A DNA stretch of 64,000 nucleotides from the IMG/VR virus record IMGVR_UViG_3300022866_000322, positions 124,001 to 188,000 of that record. One strand, 5' to 3'. The position numbers were made by a program, and so were the translations under genes. The notes beneath the pieces were generated by a model. The model was given only the letters and a program-made list of their open reading frames with translations. It was not told the origin of the DNA and did no database searches. Shown here one piece after another: positions 18,027 to 27,998 of the stretch (position 1 is the stretch's first letter; the number at the start of each line of letters is the position of its first letter).

Positions 18027-18913
18027 AAACATACTTAACTGCACTAGAACAAGTACTCGACAGCGGCGTTAGGAAAAAGGACAGGACAGGCACAGGAACA
18101 ATAAGTGTGTTTGGCATGCAACAACGCTACAATTTACGTGAGTGTTTTCCAGCAGTAACCACAAAGAAACTAGCATGGCGTAGTGTTGTGTCGGAACTGT
18201 TATGGTTTATCGAAGGGTCTAGTGACGAACGTAGACTAGCAGAAATACTGCATGGTACACGTGACACAGACAAGAAAACCATATGGACTGCTAATGCGGA
18301 AGCAGACTACTGGCAACCCAACGCAAAGTTTGATGGTGACCTTGGTAGAGTATACGGAGTACAATGGCGGGACTGGCGCACACCAGTTAGCCTAGAGAAG
18401 AAAAACTTCAAAGGTATTGAATACACCCAAGCAAAAAACTCAGTGGATCAACTGGCAAATCTTATCGAAGGTATCAAGCAGGATCCAACCAGTAGAAGGC
18501 ATATACTAAGTGCTTGGAATCCAGGTGAGATTGATCAAATGGCTCTTCCTCCTTGTCATGCGTTTGCGCAGTTCTATGTTGTTGATGGTGAGCTGAGTTG
18601 TCAGATGTATCAACGTAGTTGTGACATGTTCTTGGGTGTACCTTTTAACATTGCCAGTTATAGTTTGCTAACCTGTATGATTGCACAAGTATGTGGTCTA
18701 AAACCAGGTAACTTTGTGCATACACTAGGTGACGCACACATTTACTTGGACCATGTGCCACAAGTGCATGAACAGTTGAAGCGTGAACCGTTAACTGCTC
18801 CAACACTACAACTTAACCCAGACGTAAAAGATATAAACAATTTTACCATGGATGATGTTAAACTAATTGGCTACGAAAGCCATCCAGCAATCAAGGCTCC
18901 AATGGCGGTTTAA
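18023..18913 (+). CDS. thyA: Thymidylate synthase
   Basis: [53 protein letters not shown]. Confidence 0.97.
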   Translation: MKTYLTALEQVLDSGVRKKDRTGTGTISVFGMQQRYNLRECFPAVTTKKLAWRSVVSELLWFIEGSSDERRLAEILHGTRDTDKKTIWTANAEADYWQPNAKFDGDLGRVYGVQWRDWRTPVSLEKKNFKGIEYTQAKNSVDQLANLIEGIKQDPTSRRHILSAWNPGEIDQMALPPCHAFAQFYVVDGELSCQMYQRSCDMFLGVPFNIASYSLLTCMIAQVCGLKPGNFVHTLGDAHIYLDHVPQVHEQLKREPLTAPTLQLNPDVKDINNFTMDDVKLIGYESHPAIKAPMAV

Positions 18914-19192
18914 GTGACAACCAACCCTAACCACAAACTAATACACTGTCTCACAATGGGTGATGTAGAAGACCCATATCTATATGCGTCTTTTCCACTA
19001 GGTGAGTTCATGGACACAGAAAAAGGTCGGTGGGTTAAGGATAATGTTGTTGATCGCGTATTCTATTGTCGACCAAGTGATTCACCCCATCTAGGTTTCA
19101 CAGTTGTGGTGTATGGCGAATTCAAATCACCAGAAGCAGAAACTTATTTCTTATTAAAATATGCAGACAAAAAACATATCAGTTACAGGTAG
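18914..19192 (+). CDS. Hypothetical phage protein
   Basis: 92 aa; MGDVEDP motif. Confidence 0.65.
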   Translation: MTTNPNHKLIHCLTMGDVEDPYLYASFPLGEFMDTEKGRWVKDNVVDRVFYCRPSDSPHLGFTVVVYGEFKSPEAETYFLLKYADKKHISYR

Positions 19193-20144
19193 TTGTGGTT
19201 TTATAGGACACAATGTTGTTAGGATCCTATCCGAGCAAGGACACACTGTGCATGGTGCAGACTCACACACCAGTTACGGTTTTATACCCGAAGCAGAACT
19301 TGCGTATCTTAAAGAATCAAGAGAAACAGCGTCAGGGTATAAAAGTTGGCAGGCAGATATCGTAAGTCCATACACTGCCAACGGAGTAGCCATGGATGGA
19401 TCGGATGTGGTTATCCATCTTGCTAGTTTTCCAAGACAAAAGGTTGTAAATGATAACCCAATAGAAGCCAGTAGAACAATGATAACTGGGCTTATACATC
19501 TGTTGGAGTCAGCAGTAAGGTACCAAGTAAAACGTTTTGTTTACATAAGCTCTAGCATGGTATACGGTAACTTTGCAGATGATGTGACCGAGGATGCTGT
19601 GTGCTCACCACATGGGCAGTACGCCATTATGAAATATGCTGGTGAGAAATTAGTTGAAGATTACTATAGACGTCACGGTCTAGAGTATGTTATAATAAGA
19701 CCAAGTGCTGTCTACGGAGAACGTGATGTCAATGATCGTGTAGCCAGTAAGTTTGCCATTTCTGCGCTTAAAGGAGGTGATTTACTTGTACGTGGAGCAA
19801 ACGAACGACTAGATTTTACGCACGTAGACGACACAGCTATGGGCATTGCGCAAGCCGCAGTCAGCACTTCTTCCGCTAATAAGATTTACAACTTAACACG
19901 CAGTAATCAACACACACTAACACTACTAGAAGCCGCTGAACTAATGACCAAACTTGCAGGATCAGGCACAATCAAAGTAGAGGACAGGGATATGAATTTC
20001 CCTAGCCGTGGAAGATTAAGCATTGACCGTGCTAGGCAAGATTTTGAGTACGATCCCAAGATTGACGCTAACGAAGGTTTCACTCGTTACCTAAGTTGGT
20101 TCCAGACCAGCAAGTACTGGCGCAGTCAAATATATGGCTACTGA
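19161..20144 (+). CDS. NAD-dependent NDP-sugar epimerase/dehydratase (extended SDR)
   Basis: VTGSCGFIG, HLAS, ISSSMVYG, YAIMK (YxxxK), RPSAVYG, DFTHVDD. Confidence 0.9.
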   Translation: MQTKNISVTGSCGFIGHNVVRILSEQGHTVHGADSHTSYGFIPEAELAYLKESRETASGYKSWQADIVSPYTANGVAMDGSDVVIHLASFPRQKVVNDNPIEASRTMITGLIHLLESAVRYQVKRFVYISSSMVYGNFADDVTEDAVCSPHGQYAIMKYAGEKLVEDYYRRHGLEYVIIRPSAVYGERDVNDRVASKFAISALKGGDLLVRGANERLDFTHVDDTAMGIAQAAVSTSSANKIYNLTRSNQHTLTLLEAAELMTKLAGSGTIKVEDRDMNFPSRGRLSIDRARQDFEYDPKIDANEGFTRYLSWFQTSKYWRSQIYGY

Positions 20145-21249
20145 CCATATTCCTTTCTTTGGCATCAGGCGACAGTACCAAGATATTAAAGATGAATTAC
20201 TGGACGTTACTGATCAAGTGTACGCTAGTGGGCAAGTGCTTGATGGCAACTATACAGAAAAGTTTGAAAGAGAAATAGCACTCAGATGCAACCGTAGGCA
20301 TGCTATTGCAGTTAACAGTGGCACACAGGGACTATCCTTTGCTACCAAAGCATTAACGGATAGTCAAAACAGCCATATACTGTTACCCACACTTAGTTTT
20401 CCGGCCACACTAAATGCTGTTAACCAAAATAATAATTTTATTGATTTTTGCGACATTGATGATCACGGAATAATAGATTTAGACAGTTACAATGCACGAG
20501 TTGATCATACAACAGATGTTATTGTGCTGGTTAATCTTTTTGGCAACACTGTGGACTACGATCGTTTTAGAATGCATACAGAATTCTTTAACCAGGATGT
20601 TGCTGTACTTGAAGATGCCGCACAGAGTTTTGGTGCTAGTTACAAAGACATACCCAGTGGCAAAATGGGTGCTGTGAGTGTATTAAGTTTTGACCCCACA
20701 AAGAACTTTAACAGTTACGGATCCGGTGGCATGGTGTTGACTGATGACGAAGACATTGCGTACCACGTACTTAATTTACGTGACAATGGTAAAGCCAGTG
20801 ACCATGGCTATTGGGGCACCAATAGTAAAATGAGTGAAGCAGACTGTGCCCAAATGTTAGTTAAACTACAGCACTTTGATTCATGGCAGAAGCGTAGGTC
20901 TGACATTGCCCATTTTTGGATAGAAAACATGCCAGAGGAAATAATTGTGCCAATGCCCAGTACTGAGTTCACAGAGCATGCCTGGAGCAAATTTGTTATT
21001 CGAACATACCCTTCACGAGATAGGCACGATCTAATAGATTATCTATCCAACAGCCACATAGATACTAAGGTTCACTATACACAAGGACTATATGATCTAC
21101 CAACGGGCCTAGCGGCGTCAAATAATGTGTTTTTAAGCACTGAACGGTTCACAAAACACTGTTTAAGTCTACCTATATACCCTGAACTCACTGACATAGA
21201 GGTAGAACGTATAGTAGACACTATATACGAGTTTTATAGAGGCTCGTAA
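20134..21249 (+). CDS. DegT/DnrJ/EryC1/StrS sugar aminotransferase
   Basis: AVNSGT, EDAAQSFG, SFDPTKN..SYGSGG, NSKMSE, LSLPIYP. Confidence 0.92.
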   Translation: MATDHIPFFGIRRQYQDIKDELLDVTDQVYASGQVLDGNYTEKFEREIALRCNRRHAIAVNSGTQGLSFATKALTDSQNSHILLPTLSFPATLNAVNQNNNFIDFCDIDDHGIIDLDSYNARVDHTTDVIVLVNLFGNTVDYDRFRMHTEFFNQDVAVLEDAAQSFGASYKDIPSGKMGAVSVLSFDPTKNFNSYGSGGMVLTDDEDIAYHVLNLRDNGKASDHGYWGTNSKMSEADCAQMLVKLQHFDSWQKRRSDIAHFWIENMPEEIIVPMPSTEFTEHAWSKFVIRTYPSRDRHDLIDYLSNSHIDTKVHYTQGLYDLPTGLAASNNVFLSTERFTKHCLSLPIYPELTDIEVERIVDTIYEFYRGS

Positions 21250-23098
21250 AGTATTGTTGTAGCCAGTCCCAATCAAAACTTAACATGAGTTTGTTATAAT
21301 TACCCCCGACACTCTTGTAATAGATCACAGCATCGTTAGCCCCATTAATGCACCACTCAGCATGTTGGCCATGTGCTACTGTGGTCCAAACCTTAAGTCT
21401 ATGCTCTGTTTCTAGTGTGGGCTCTGTATCCATAAACAGTTTTAGTTTAAGCACTTCTCTAAATGCTGTACGCCACGTCATCCAAGGACTTTGGTTAAAG
21501 TGTGCTACGCCTGACTGTAGTGGTACTGACTCGTGTGGTTGGCTCAGTGTAAAGTCAATCCCGGGATCGTTGTTTTCTAATACCAAACGTTTGTTGTAGG
21601 CAATCATGCCTTGGTGTCCATACTCCAGCCCGTTTACAGGATTAACACTATTAAAAATATAATGCTTAGGCTCTTGCCAATAGTCCGGGCGCCAGTTAAA
21701 ATTAAATGCTGGACTAATTTCTAGTTTAGCAAACACTGCAAAGAACCACGGTGTAGTACTTTGCCTGGCCGCTTCCTGGTATGCGGCTGTTCTACCGTTA
21801 ACACCACGCACCCATTTTACTCTAGGACTTGTAGTAAGCCTATTACCTGACGCGGCAACATCAAATGCATAACGCAGTTCATCTGAGGTACAGTAAGTTA
21901 AATGGTTGTAATACTTGCGTTCGTCAGGCTCACCGTTGCTGATGTACACAATATCAAGATTCTGTTCCAGCACATGATATTCACCTTTGGTCTCTATTAC
22001 ATACGGGTAGTCATACATTTGTGTTTTTAAATCTACCTTCACATCCTTGGGTACTAAACTTGATGCACCACTTAGGCTAACACGTTTGGCTACACGATCC
22101 TTGGCATGCCACAAACAAAAATGGTAATTCATGTTTAGGTATTTTTGATTGGTAAACAGTGTATAGGGAAATTTAAAATCGTGATTTTTAACTTCTTCTA
22201 TTAGATTATCATGATCATACACAACTGTTGGTATTGGAAACCATCTCACAGTTTGGTCATCGCAATAGTTAATCACATTAAACCAGTCCAGCAGTTCTAG
22301 TTCATACAATTGTTGTCGGATGCTCTCTACACGAATATAGAATGTATCACCACGACGATTATTGCCACTAGGAAACACATGTATCATGTTACGTTGTGCT
22401 TGGTCCGGGTGCCAACTAAAATCAAACGTGCTGTAATCACACAGACTGCTGATAACCCACACATACTCTGTTGTGGCTAAGTTTATGATACGTTTAAACA
22501 CATTCAAGTGACTATCCACGTAACGTGTGCTTTTTATTGTAGGGTGTTGTTCACGCAAACTTTCCAGTTGATCTTTACTCTGTTCATTCATAAAGTCCAT
22601 GTAGAATATTTGCGTACTGTTGGTCTTAACTTTTTGGCTACTCATAAACTTAATACCAGCAGTGCCGCGATACACAGGTCCACCTTGTCGTTGCCACTGT
22701 GTAGGGAAATGGTATTCGTATTCTGGTTCTAGATCGTCAGGATGCCAACTGTAATCAAAGTCTGTATCATCAACCTCTTTGGGCGTGATCCAGTTTGTCT
22801 TATCTTGTATGCGTTTTATTTCACTGGTGTGGAAGTTGTATTCTTCGTTATGTGCTGTAAGTGGACTGGCCAGGTATGCTCCGCCTGTGCGTTGCCATTG
22901 CGTACTGAAACTGTGTACATGATCTGCTTCCCACGGCACAGGTACAAAATTAAAATTAAAATTTGAGTAATCATTGCCCCCATAAATATACCAGTAGAAG
23001 CGTGTACGACTTTGATCTGCCGCATCCCTAAGACTACTAGCAGGTTTCTCAAATTCAAATAAGTTGGGCTTTGGCCCGTAATAAAAAACATCAAACAT
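21221..23098 (-). CDS. Multi-repeat glycosyltransferase-like (GT-A) protein
   Basis: Four internal F[DN]F.W.P..W....H.F-type repeats. C-terminal domain (DIVYISNGEP...NGLEYG...WRTAFRE) is paralogous to 39631-40560. Confidence 0.55.
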   Translation of the reverse strand: MFDVFYYGPKPNLFEFEKPASSLRDAADQSRTRFYWYIYGGNDYSNFNFNFVPVPWEADHVHSFSTQWQRTGGAYLASPLTAHNEEYNFHTSEIKRIQDKTNWITPKEVDDTDFDYSWHPDDLEPEYEYHFPTQWQRQGGPVYRGTAGIKFMSSQKVKTNSTQIFYMDFMNEQSKDQLESLREQHPTIKSTRYVDSHLNVFKRIINLATTEYVWVISSLCDYSTFDFSWHPDQAQRNMIHVFPSGNNRRGDTFYIRVESIRQQLYELELLDWFNVINYCDDQTVRWFPIPTVVYDHDNLIEEVKNHDFKFPYTLFTNQKYLNMNYHFCLWHAKDRVAKRVSLSGASSLVPKDVKVDLKTQMYDYPYVIETKGEYHVLEQNLDIVYISNGEPDERKYYNHLTYCTSDELRYAFDVAASGNRLTTSPRVKWVRGVNGRTAAYQEAARQSTTPWFFAVFAKLEISPAFNFNWRPDYWQEPKHYIFNSVNPVNGLEYGHQGMIAYNKRLVLENNDPGIDFTLSQPHESVPLQSGVAHFNQSPWMTWRTAFREVLKLKLFMDTEPTLETEHRLKVWTTVAHGQHAEWCINGANDAVIYYKSVGGNYNKLMLSFDWDWLQQYFTSLYKTRI

Positions 23099-24356
23099 GT
23101 ATAATATATATAGTCATAATGAGAACATCTTAAATTTAGCTAAAAGTATTATAACAGAATGTTCCCTAATGTACCTACATCCTTTTGGATCAACTCAACC
23201 AGAAAATGTTGAAATAATAGGAGGTAACGACAATGGACCAATGGTTGTAATTTATGATCAAGAACCTCTTGACTTGTTTTATAACACACCTTTATTTAAT
23301 TACATTAACGATGTCCATAGAGATTTACAAGGTGAATTCAGACCAATGATTTTGCTAAGCACAGAAAGACATAGTGAGGAGAAAGAAAAGATACTTAAAC
23401 ATTACAATGCGGTAGATGTTAATTACTTCTTCCATGCGTTTTGTGCAAGTGATTGGTATAGAGGTTATAGATATAATGTTAACATTACTGATCCATCAAA
23501 AAGAAAACTGCAAAAGAAGTTTGTTTGTTTTAATAGAATTACTGGCAACATGCGTGTTTATAGAAGTCTGCTAGTAGCAGAATTAGCTGATGTCATCGAT
23601 CAAGGGTATGTTAGTTATAGTCACAACTGCCCAGTACACAACGAAACATGCCGTGATGCATTAGTTAACAATAATAAAAAGTTTCTCTTTAGCCGTGAAT
23701 ATATTAACCAAGTTGTAGCAAAAGTAAACAGTTTGCCGCGCTCATTGCGTATCGACAGTTCCGAAGCAGACATCCCCAATGGAAGTCAAAGTATAGGACC
23801 ATTACCAGAATTAATGTCAAGTTTCTTACATGTAGTAACTGAGACTATGTTCTGGGACGATCGTACACACTTAACTGAAAAAATATTCAAACCTATTGTT
23901 GCTAAACAACCGTTTGTACTTGTTGGTTGCGCAAACAATTTAGATTATTTCCGTAGTTACGGATTTAGAACATTCGGTCGTTGGTGGGACGAAAGTTATG
24001 ATGCTATTACTGATCCTGTACAGCGTTTAGAAGCCGTAAGTAATATTATAAAAAGTATATGCAAGAAATCATTGGGTGAGTTAGAGGACATGTTACAGGA
24101 CATGACAGAAGTGCTGGAACACAATTATAATTTATTTTACAGCACAGACTTTTTAGATAAAGCCTGGGCCGAACTTGCATCCAATTTTGAAAAAGTAAAT
24201 GATAAATTGATTGATTGGACTAAGCCAGACATAGGTGTTCCTCTGCCACCGATCGGGAGAGATCAGATATTAGAAATAAGACAAAATGCTACGAGCTATG
24301 AAGAGTCTCTCAAGACAATAGCTGAAGTTGAATCCCAGATTTTGTCAAAAACTTAA
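23097..24356 (+). CDS. Glycosyltransferase-like protein (GT10/GT-B-like C-terminal motif)
   Basis: HVVTET...LTEKIFKPI..KQPFVLVG..YGFRTF..WWDESYD, resembling the TEK motif of alpha-1,3-fucosyltransferase-like proteins. Confidence 0.5.
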   Translation: MYNIYSHNENILNLAKSIITECSLMYLHPFGSTQPENVEIIGGNDNGPMVVIYDQEPLDLFYNTPLFNYINDVHRDLQGEFRPMILLSTERHSEEKEKILKHYNAVDVNYFFHAFCASDWYRGYRYNVNITDPSKRKLQKKFVCFNRITGNMRVYRSLLVAELADVIDQGYVSYSHNCPVHNETCRDALVNNNKKFLFSREYINQVVAKVNSLPRSLRIDSSEADIPNGSQSIGPLPELMSSFLHVVTETMFWDDRTHLTEKIFKPIVAKQPFVLVGCANNLDYFRSYGFRTFGRWWDESYDAITDPVQRLEAVSNIIKSICKKSLGELEDMLQDMTEVLEHNYNLFYSTDFLDKAWAELASNFEKVNDKLIDWTKPDIGVPLPPIGRDQILEIRQNATSYEESLKTIAEVESQILSKT

Positions 24357-24771
24357 TACCGCTGTCATCGCGATATTCTTGCTCGTAGTAAACTTCTTTA
24401 ATACCTGCTTGATGCATGCCTTTTGCGCAGTCCAAACAAGGACTGTGTGTAATAAACATTGTAGCACCATTACCACTTTCAGTAGACCTTGCCAACTTCA
24501 TTAGTGCGTTCATTTCAGCATGAAGTACTTCTGGTTTACTTTTAAGCTCTATCACATGATGCTGATGTGGATTGGGATATTTCTTTAGGTGTTCATTTTC
24601 AACTTCAATTTCGCAATTGTTATCCCAACCACTAGGCATTCCATTATAGCCAATGCTAATGATCCTATTGTCTTTTACGACAATAGCGCCTACTTGTAGT
24701 CTACGTGCTGTACTACACTCCGCAAATGCATGCGCAGTTTTCATGTATGCTTTTATGTGCTTCTGTTTCAA
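24310..24771 (-). CDS. dCMP deaminase
   Basis: VGAIVV, GYNG, HAEMNA, PCLDC. Confidence 0.92.
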   Translation of the reverse strand: MKQKHIKAYMKTAHAFAECSTARRLQVGAIVVKDNRIISIGYNGMPSGWDNNCEIEVENEHLKKYPNPHQHHVIELKSKPEVLHAEMNALMKLARSTESGNGATMFITHSPCLDCAKGMHQAGIKEVYYEQEYRDDSGIKFLTKSGIQLQLLS

Positions 24772-25181
24772 AGTTTACCTTCTGCTCGTAACTGTTCTCT
24801 AATTTGTGTAGCACTAATCTGATGTATATCGTTGCCAAGATCATGTTCTGTAAATGTGTATCCAACACCTCTACCATAACTGATGTCAACAATATTAGGT
24901 ACTTGCGTTATAATGTATTCCTCACCATACGTAAAGCCTGCGGCAAACAGTCCTTGAGTGATGTTGTTTTTTACTGTGCCGAAGTTAAATGGATTATCAG
25001 TTTGTGCGCCCGTTCGTCCACCACCTGCGTCTTCACCCACAATGCCTCCAACATCACGTACCATAATACATACTTGTCCTGACTCCAGCAGTGCTTTTTT
25101 AAACAGTGCAGTGTGTCCGTCGTGCCAAGGTTGCCAACGACCCAACATTTCTGTAGTTGGTTTCTGATTATCAAATGCCAT
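24768..25181 (-). CDS. HxGH cytidyltransferase-like nucleotidyltransferase
   Basis: GRWQPWHDGH, NPF, YGRGVGY, ISATQIR. Confidence 0.75.
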   Translation of the reverse strand: MAFDNQKPTTEMLGRWQPWHDGHTALFKKALLESGQVCIMVRDVGGIVGEDAGGGRTGAQTDNPFNFGTVKNNITQGLFAAGFTYGEEYIITQVPNIVDISYGRGVGYTFTEHDLGNDIHQISATQIREQLRAEGKL

Positions 25182-25387
25182 TATTTTGTTACTCCATATT
25201 TTATGTGGTTGTACCATACACGTTCGTGTGCATAGTATAATATAAATTTAATTACCAAGTCTGCCGCAAATACCAATCCTACTGCCTTGGCAGGTAAACC
25301 AAACCACCATGCAATCAGTGCTGTTACAGTACTAGCAATTATTCGCCATGTAATTGCTTTTGCTAAGTGTCTACGTTTAGATATCAT
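25181..25387 (-). CDS. Small membrane protein (DUF2061-like)
   Basis: KAITWR, two hydrophobic segments, YYAHERVW. Confidence 0.75.
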   Translation of the reverse strand: MISKRRHLAKAITWRIIASTVTALIAWWFGLPAKAVGLVFAADLVIKFILYYAHERVWYNHIKYGVTK

Positions 25388-25841
25388 GTACGTTTATCTT
25401 TATCTTCTTATCATTGATAAAAGGCCACAAGTACTTGCTTACAATCTGCAAAAGTTCTTGGTGCGTATTTTCAAACCATTCCGCAACATGGTAGTCATAT
25501 TCATCACGTTCTAAAGGCTCAAACATTTTGTTTGTATCTTCAAACCTACCTTCTTTAATTGTGTCCATCCAGATAGTATAGTCTGCACCAAACCCTGCTC
25601 TTGCTTGTTTTGTGGGTGCAATAAAATCTGCTATACAGATCTTACCTGCCTTGACAATACCGTCTGCCAGATACTTCATGCGTAGTGCTTGTCGCATACG
25701 CCCTTCTGGGGAAAAGTCCCAGTCGTCGTATTCTTTTCTAATAGCGTCAGCGTTGATATGCACTGCTCCAATTAGTTTGGCAAATGGTTCTGCTAGTGTA
25801 GTTTTACCGCTTCCGGGTAATCCGCATATTAATATTTTCAT
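25377..25841 (-). CDS. Adenylyl-sulfate (APS) kinase-like P-loop kinase
   Basis: GLPGSGKTT, NADAIR, DWDFSPEGR.RQ, DFIAP, FEP. Confidence 0.75.
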   Translation of the reverse strand: MKILICGLPGSGKTTLAEPFAKLIGAVHINADAIRKEYDDWDFSPEGRMRQALRMKYLADGIVKAGKICIADFIAPTKQARAGFGADYTIWMDTIKEGRFEDTNKMFEPLERDEYDYHVAEWFENTHQELLQIVSKYLWPFINDKKIKINVHDI

Positions 25842-25851
25842 GCTATTCTTT

Positions 25852-26508
25852 CTAATTTAGTTGAAAATGATCCAAGTTGAATTCGTGGTCGCCTGGAGAA
25901 TAATCTGTAATTAGCTTGCATAATTGGGTCGCAATGACAGAATTATTCTCTTTACTAAAATGATTTAGTCTGGTGTCTTGATGCAATGTGTTAGGATGTG
26001 CTGTGTCCTTGTATATTTCTGCAATACTAATCGATGTTAAGTCTGGAAGTACTTGTACACCACCTAGTAGGTTTCGAAATGGCAACGAACTAGGAAAACC
26101 ATGTAAATGGACAGTTTTGATGTTAGAATATTCTTTATTGATTTCTTCAAACCATTTCTGCTGTGCCCATTCTGCAAAAGGTGCATTTTCTAAATACTTG
26201 TAATACAGTTTCACTGCTAGTCCTACTTCTGTTTTAGGAGTAGGATCAAATTTATTGATGTTTGCTATTTCATAGTTAGGGCAATCGAACGGGATTCTTT
26301 CTGCGAAACTGTGAACAAAAACAAGGGCATCGGTTTCTGTTGCCAACATATCTTTAATATATTTTTGATTCAAGAAATGTCGATAAGCCCACCATGGGTG
26401 TCCGCTATACCCTGCAACAACTAAATTTAAATTTAGTAATTGTGCTAGTTCCTGGGGCCAACCTTTACTAGCACAGAAACTGTCACCGACTACAACTAAA
26501 TTTTTCAT
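25852..26508 (-). CDS. SGNH-like protein
   Basis: VVVGDSF...W, C-terminal LNHFSKENN; AT-rich. Confidence 0.55.
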   Translation of the reverse strand: MKNLVVVGDSFCASKGWPQELAQLLNLNLVVAGYSGHPWWAYRHFLNQKYIKDMLATETDALVFVHSFAERIPFDCPNYEIANINKFDPTPKTEVGLAVKLYYKYLENAPFAEWAQQKWFEEINKEYSNIKTVHLHGFPSSLPFRNLLGGVQVLPDLTSISIAEIYKDTAHPNTLHQDTRLNHFSKENNSVIATQLCKLITDYSPGDHEFNLDHFQLN

Positions 26509-27998
26509 GATAGTACTCGAACTCCATATTCAGTTTCGAAACGATCAGCATCTGCACGATCGTTTACCATCGGTTCGCCCCTGATGTTTAAACTTGTATT
26601 AAGCAACATCGGGCAACCTGTTTTCTTATACCATGCTTCTAACAGTTTTCTAAATCCACTGCCGCTATCTGCAGGTACTGTTTGTACTCTACTTGTTCCG
26701 TCAGCATGTAGTATAGCAGGAAACTTGTCACTTGTACACCGTGCTACCACTTGCATGTAATCACTACGTTGCCAACCTTTGGGCATTTCAAAATAGTCAT
26801 GCACATGCTCTGCCAGTATAGCAGGAGCAAATGGCCTAAAGTGTTGTCTACGTTTAATTTCATTTACACGATCCTTTATTTCTTTGCCACGTGGGTCCGC
26901 TAGTAAACTTCTGTTACCCAATGCTCTAGGACCAAACTCTGCTCTGCCACTTGCTACACCTGCTATTTTATTCTTGGCTAATTCTTTTACCAGTGCCTTT
27001 ACAGGATACTCACCAGGTATGTTGTGACCAAGATAAGGATGTTGCCAATTTAGTCTGCCACCATGCACTAGTGCCGCGGCTCCTAAACTACTACCAGCAT
27101 CACCTGGGTTTGGCATAATCCAAAAATTGTCAAAGCAACTACCTAAAAGTCTATTGGCTAAACAGTTAAGTGCAACACCTCCCATGAATACTAAATTTTT
27201 ACTCCAATGAAAGTTTGCCGCATTCCACATAACACTGTTAAGCAATGTTTCTGTAACTGCTTGTATACTACCAGCCATGTCTGCATCGCTAATAACCGAC
27301 AGTTCGTTGCTCAACACACCGTCAAAGCCTGTGTGTAAATTATGTTTTAATTTTATATTAGTAAAGTCTGCTACAAGTTTGTGAGACAACTGATTAGAAT
27401 AATGTCGTACTTTTTCTTTGTCGGCATAAGCGGCCATTCCCATTAGAATATACTCTTCGTCCATTGGGCGTAGTCCTATGTGTGCAGTTGCGGCCGAGTA
27501 CATCAACCCGATACTGTGTGGGTAACGTCTGGTCCAAAGTTTCTTGTACACTGCACGACCATTCTTGTATTCAGCGCCCCATATGGTAATACAATCCAAC
27601 TCACCTATAGCGTCTACTACAACAACTGTTGCACGTTCAAACGGAGATGTTTGAAATCCAGCGGCAGCATGGCTTAAATGATGATTATGTGTGCTAACAG
27701 GAACATCAACAGGACGTCCGATTTGATCGAATATCAATTTATCAACACTGGTTTGCGTCCAGTTGAATCCTTCACCTGATATGAGTCTGCGTATTTGTTT
27801 CAACCAAGGACGCTCATAGTATGCAATATGATCAATACCGTGGCTCATTGCTTCTTGCACAATCCCCTCGCATAGATTGGGATCGTGTTTTTGTTTGCTG
27901 TAGCGTTCGCTATGACTAGCAAACAGTATGTCGCCTGCTGTGTTTATTACACTAGCACCAGCGTCATGAAAACCACTGCTTATTCCTAATATGTTCAT
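26505..27998 (-). CDS. Carbamoyltransferase (NodU/CmcH/TobZ family)
   Basis: GFHDA, SERYS..KHD, HHLSHAA, MGMAAY, GGVALNC, PGDAG, EFGPRALGNRS, RPFAP, HADGTSRVQT, LLNTSLN. Confidence 0.95.
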   Translation of the reverse strand: MNILGISSGFHDAGASVINTAGDILFASHSERYSKQKHDPNLCEGIVQEAMSHGIDHIAYYERPWLKQIRRLISGEGFNWTQTSVDKLIFDQIGRPVDVPVSTHNHHLSHAAAGFQTSPFERATVVVVDAIGELDCITIWGAEYKNGRAVYKKLWTRRYPHSIGLMYSAATAHIGLRPMDEEYILMGMAAYADKEKVRHYSNQLSHKLVADFTNIKLKHNLHTGFDGVLSNELSVISDADMAGSIQAVTETLLNSVMWNAANFHWSKNLVFMGGVALNCLANRLLGSCFDNFWIMPNPGDAGSSLGAAALVHGGRLNWQHPYLGHNIPGEYPVKALVKELAKNKIAGVASGRAEFGPRALGNRSLLADPRGKEIKDRVNEIKRRQHFRPFAPAILAEHVHDYFEMPKGWQRSDYMQVVARCTSDKFPAILHADGTSRVQTVPADSGSGFRKLLEAWYKKTGCPMLLNTSLNIRGEPMVNDRADADRFETEYGVRVLS

